This document shows positions 60,959 to 64,000 of a stretch of 64,000 nucleotides of DNA, piece by piece. How positions within the stretch are numbered: position 1 is the first letter of the stretch; each line of letters begins with the position of its first letter. The notes below the pieces were generated by a model. It was not told the DNA's origin. It was given only the letters and a program-made list of their open reading frames with translations, and did no database searches. Source of the stretch: Candidatus Adlerbacteria bacterium (lineage in GTDB: Bacteria > Patescibacteriota > Minisyncoccia > Phycocordibacterales > SBAW01); contig JAQBRA010000002.1 of the NCBI GenBank assembly GCA_028286685.1, positions 129,073-193,072 of the forward strand, written 5' to 3'. Position numbers and translations under genes: made by a program.

Positions 60959-61543
60959 TTATTCGTCAATACCGAAGCGCTTGTATTTGTATATAGGGTG
61001 CTTGCCGAACCAGTGCTTTATCTCGTGTGCGGCCTCCTCCGGGGTCTCGCTGGCGTGGATGAGGTTGTAGACCGCGCGCTTCTCGATGTTAGCGCTTATG
61101 GCCGAGTCGGCAGAGTAGTCGCCGCGGATAGTGCCCATCTCAGCCAAATACGGCATCGTAGGGCCGACAATCTTGCGCACCATGTCGACAGAATGCACGC
61201 CCTGCACCACCATCTTGACCATGGGGGCGCTGGTCATGAAATCGATGAGCCATTTGCGCACCTCCTTGCCGACCTTGAGCTTGTCGGTCGTGCCAAAGTC
61301 GCGCTTGACGCTATGGCCGTACTTCTCGTAGGTCGTAGTGGTCTTGTCGCCCAGGCGGGTCAGCCACGCTTCGGTCTTAGGATAATGGTTGTCCATTTCG
61401 ACGCGGGTGGAGAGGAACATTTCCATGGCAACAATCTTGAGGTCGCGCTGTTCGAAGCGCTTTATCACCTCGCCGATAAGCCCTTTGCGCACGCCGTCGG
61501 GCTTGATAAGGACGAACGTCTTCTCTTCTTTCGGATGCATCAT
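60959..61543 (-). CDS. ndk: Nucleoside diphosphate kinase
   Basis: TFVLIKPDGV, GTIRGDY, N.IHASE. Confidence 0.95.
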   Translation of the reverse strand: MMHPKEEKTFVLIKPDGVRKGLIGEVIKRFEQRDLKIVAMEMFLSTRVEMDNHYPKTEAWLTRLGDKTTTTYEKYGHSVKRDFGTTDKLKVGKEVRKWLIDFMTSAPMVKMVVQGVHSVDMVRKIVGPTMPYLAEMGTIRGDYSADSAISANIEKRAVYNLIHASETPEEAAHEIKHWFGKHPIYKYKRFGIDE

Positions 61544-61619
61544 ATGGGCCCGATAGTAGCCCAATTAAGGCGGTAAAGCAAGAATAAGTCCTTCTTATTC
61601 TTCCAAATAAAAAGACAAG

Positions 61620-62381
61620 TTACGCAGTTAAAACCTCAACCCCGTCCTTTGTTATCAAAACCGTATGTTCAGTCTCGGCCGAGCGACTACCGTCAGCGGT
61701 AACATAGGTCCACTCGTCTTCCATAAGCTCTATGTCGCCTCCGCCTTCGGTAAATATGGGCTCTATGGCCAAGACCAGGCCCTCTTCAAGCACATGGCCT
61801 TTGCCCGCCTCGCCCAAGTTGGGCACAAACGGGCCCTCGTGGGGCACCCGGCCAAGCGAGTGCCCGCCCAAGTCCTCGACGACTCCCAGCCCGTATTTGC
61901 GGGCTACGGCCTCTATGGCGGCTCCAATGTCCCCCATGCGCGCACCCGGCCGCGCAACCTTAAGCGCCTCGCGCAGAGCCTCCTGTGTCGCCTCTATCAG
62001 AACCCGGCCTTTTTCATCGCACGCGCCAGCGCACACCGTAATAGCCGCGTCGGCAAAGTAGCCGTCCAGGCTCAAGCCCAAGTCGAGCATCACCAGGTCG
62101 CCCTCCTCAACGAGGCGCTCTTCGTCCGGTATCCCATGGACCACCTCGTCATTAATAGAGACGCACAATGCCGCCGGGAAGGCGTATGCGGCGCCCTCAG
62201 GCGTGTAGTTTAAAAATGCGGGCACGGCACCTGCGGCGCGGATATATTCCTCGGCCGCCAAATCAAGCGCTGCGGTCGAGACGCCGGGCACGACAAGCGT
62301 AGCGGTATGGCGCAGAGCCTCGGCCAAGAGCTTTCCGGCCCGGCGCAGCCCCTCTATTTCTTCCTGCGTTTTTGCAATCAT
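61620..62381 (-). CDS. map: Methionine aminopeptidase type I
   Basis: C.SINDEVVHGIP, D.G, GH..G...HE, AIEP, EHTV. Confidence 0.96.
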   Translation of the reverse strand: MIAKTQEEIEGLRRAGKLLAEALRHTATLVVPGVSTAALDLAAEEYIRAAGAVPAFLNYTPEGAAYAFPAALCVSINDEVVHGIPDEERLVEEGDLVMLDLGLSLDGYFADAAITVCAGACDEKGRVLIEATQEALREALKVARPGARMGDIGAAIEAVARKYGLGVVEDLGGHSLGRVPHEGPFVPNLGEAGKGHVLEEGLVLAIEPIFTEGGGDIELMEDEWTYVTADGSRSAETEHTVLITKDGVEVLTA

Positions 62382-62386
62382 ATACG

Positions 62387-62959
62387 TTACTTGATCCCGA
62401 GCGCCCTGACGACTTCCGCGTGTACGTCTTCAATGCTGTGCTCGCCGCTTACCTCTACCAGGACGCCCTTCTCCCTGAAAAACTCGATAGCGTGCGCGGT
62501 ATGCTCCTCGTACTCGCGGATGCGGCGCTCGACCGTGTCCGACGCGTCGTCGGCACGGCCCTGCTCGCTCTTGCGCACGGCTATGCGGCGCTCAACTTCA
62601 GCGTCCGGAATATTGAGAAATACCGCTTTATACGGACGCTCGAGCCAGGCCGCCGTCTCGTCAAAAGCCTGCGCCTCGTGGAGCCTGCGGCAGGCGCCCT
62701 CAAATACAATCGCGTCTTCTGGGGCAAGGCCAAGCAGCACCTCAACAAACATATGGGATGAAAACCAGTTAGGCAGCAGCTCGCCGCTGTCTATGACTTT
62801 CTTTATTTTATCCGCTACGAAGCCGTGGCCCTTGGCCATTTCGCGCAGACGGTTGCCGGATGAATAGATATCGCAGCCCAGGCGCTTGGCCAACAGCTTG
62901 CCCTGGGTACCCTTCCCCGACCCCGGCCTGCCCATCATCAAAAATGTATTTACTTCCAT
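62387..62959 (-). CDS. adk: Adenylate kinase (short LID)
   Basis: GRPGSGKGTQ, SSG..LR, GR.DD; between secY and map. Confidence 0.88.
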   Translation of the reverse strand: MEVNTFLMMGRPGSGKGTQGKLLAKRLGCDIYSSGNRLREMAKGHGFVADKIKKVIDSGELLPNWFSSHMFVEVLLGLAPEDAIVFEGACRRLHEAQAFDETAAWLERPYKAVFLNIPDAEVERRIAVRKSEQGRADDASDTVERRIREYEEHTAHAIEFFREKGVLVEVSGEHSIEDVHAEVVRALGIK

Positions 62960-63008
62960 AGAAACAGAATAGCAGGATTATTAAAATCGCGCCCTGAGGC
63001 GCAATTTC

Positions 63009-64000
63009 TTAGTACTCCCGGATGGAGAGCTGCGCATCTATGCGGCGCGAGACGTCGAGAATAACGGAGACGGCGATAAGGAGTCCGGTGCCGCCGATGG
63101 CGAGATTCTGGAGGCCGGTCAGGTTCTGCACAATGATCGGCATGACGGCAATAAGTCCCAAGAACAGCGCGCCGACGAACGTGATGCGGGTGATGGTGCG
63201 GCCCAGGTGTTCTGCGGTCGAGGGTCCGGGGCGCACGCCGGGGATGAAGGCGCCGTTCTTCTGGAGGTTCTCGGCAATCTGGTTAGGCTCGAAGGTAACC
63301 GCGGTGTAGAAGTAGGTAAAGAGGAATACCAGGACGAAGTACGTCGCGCCATAGATCCACTGGTTCTGCAGGAGGCCGAGTATGGAGGTCGAGAGTCCCG
63401 CAAGGATCGCGTTGCTCGATGCCTGGAAGAAGGTCGCGAACATCTGCGGCAGCAAGAGGAAGGAGAGCGCGAAGATGATCGGAATGACGCCCGCCTGGTT
63501 GAGGCGCAGCGGGAGGTAGGTCGAGGCGCCGCCGAAGAACTTCATGCCGCGCACGCGCTTGGCATAGGTAACCGGCACCGGGCGCTCGGCCTCGGTAATG
63601 TAGACCACTGCGGCAATGACCGCGAGGCCCGCAGCGATAAAGGCCAAGTAAACCGGAATCTGTGCTGCATCGAACGAGAACAGCGTCTGGCTGATAGCCG
63701 ACGGCAAGCGCGCAACGATGCCCGCGAATATGATGAGCGATACGCCGTTACCCAGGCCGTACTCGGAAATAAGCTCGCCGATCCACATAAGGAGGAGCGA
63801 GCCGGCGACAATAGAAAGGAGGTTGATGGCGAACTGGAAGGGAGACAGCGCCGGCAAAACGCCCTGGCGCTCGAGGATGATAAGGAAGCTGATGCCCTGC
63901 AAGAAGGCGATGGGGAGCGTCAAGAAGCGCGTGTATTGCGAAAAGCGGGCGCGGCCGGCCTCGCCCTCTTCCTGGTACATGGCCTTAAGGCGCGGCACCA
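63009..64000 (-). CDS. secY: Preprotein translocase SecY, C-terminal part (runs off window end)
   Basis: GNGVSLIIFAGI, AGVIPIIFA, FIPGVRPG..T, GGTGLLI.V. Confidence 0.97.
   Translation of the reverse strand, partial: VPRLKAMYQEEGEAGRARFSQYTRFLTLPIAFLQGISFLIILERQGVLPALSPFQFAINLLSIVAGSLLLMWIGELISEYGLGNGVSLIIFAGIVARLPSAISQTLFSFDAAQIPVYLAFIAAGLAVIAAVVYITEAERPVPVTYAKRVRGMKFFGGASTYLPLRLNQAGVIPIIFALSFLLLPQMFATFFQASSNAILAGLSTSILGLLQNQWIYGATYFVLVFLFTYFYTAVTFEPNQIAENLQKNGAFIPGVRPGPSTAEHLGRTITRITFVGALFLGLIAVMPIIVQNLTGLQNLAIGGTGLLIAVSVILDVSRRIDAQLSIREY

Overview
64 kb of a small-genome bacterium whose gene set and signals point to Patescibacteria/CPR (Parcubacteria-like). This is an inference from the type IV pilus/competence cluster, the ECF sigma plus DUF5667-like pair and mostly leaderless promoters. 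In order, the window holds: the 5' part of prfB and two tRNA-Thr; a cellulose-synthase-like polysaccharide locus (GT2-GtrA, GH8, BcsA-like GT2, GT-C, convergent GH6); tRNA-Asp, tRNA-Met and tRNA-fMet; gatA, gatC and ligA; a large type IV pilus region (minor pilins, pilD, four major-type pilins, pilCTB, pilONM, comF) interrupted by an SH3 plus lytic-transglycosylase-like gene and a HYR gene; accessory genes around tRNA-Ser; recG and a tRNA with a UAU anticodon; ftsH, smpB and tmRNA; infC-rpmI-rplT; ndk, map, adk and the 3' part of secY. The most unusual signals are non-coding. (1) A modular structured element follows tRNA-Asp, tRNA-fMet, tRNA-Ser and tmRNA. It combines a shared core with an antisense copy and a direct copy of whichever RNA 3' end it follows, and at tRNA-Ser it encloses cargo genes with no integrase. 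(2) A 75-78 bp indel-free repeat occurs three times directly downstream of -10-like boxes and upstream of unrelated genes. (3) A rod-shaped ncRNA candidate lies downstream of ndk. All calls come from reading motifs by eye; no database search was run.
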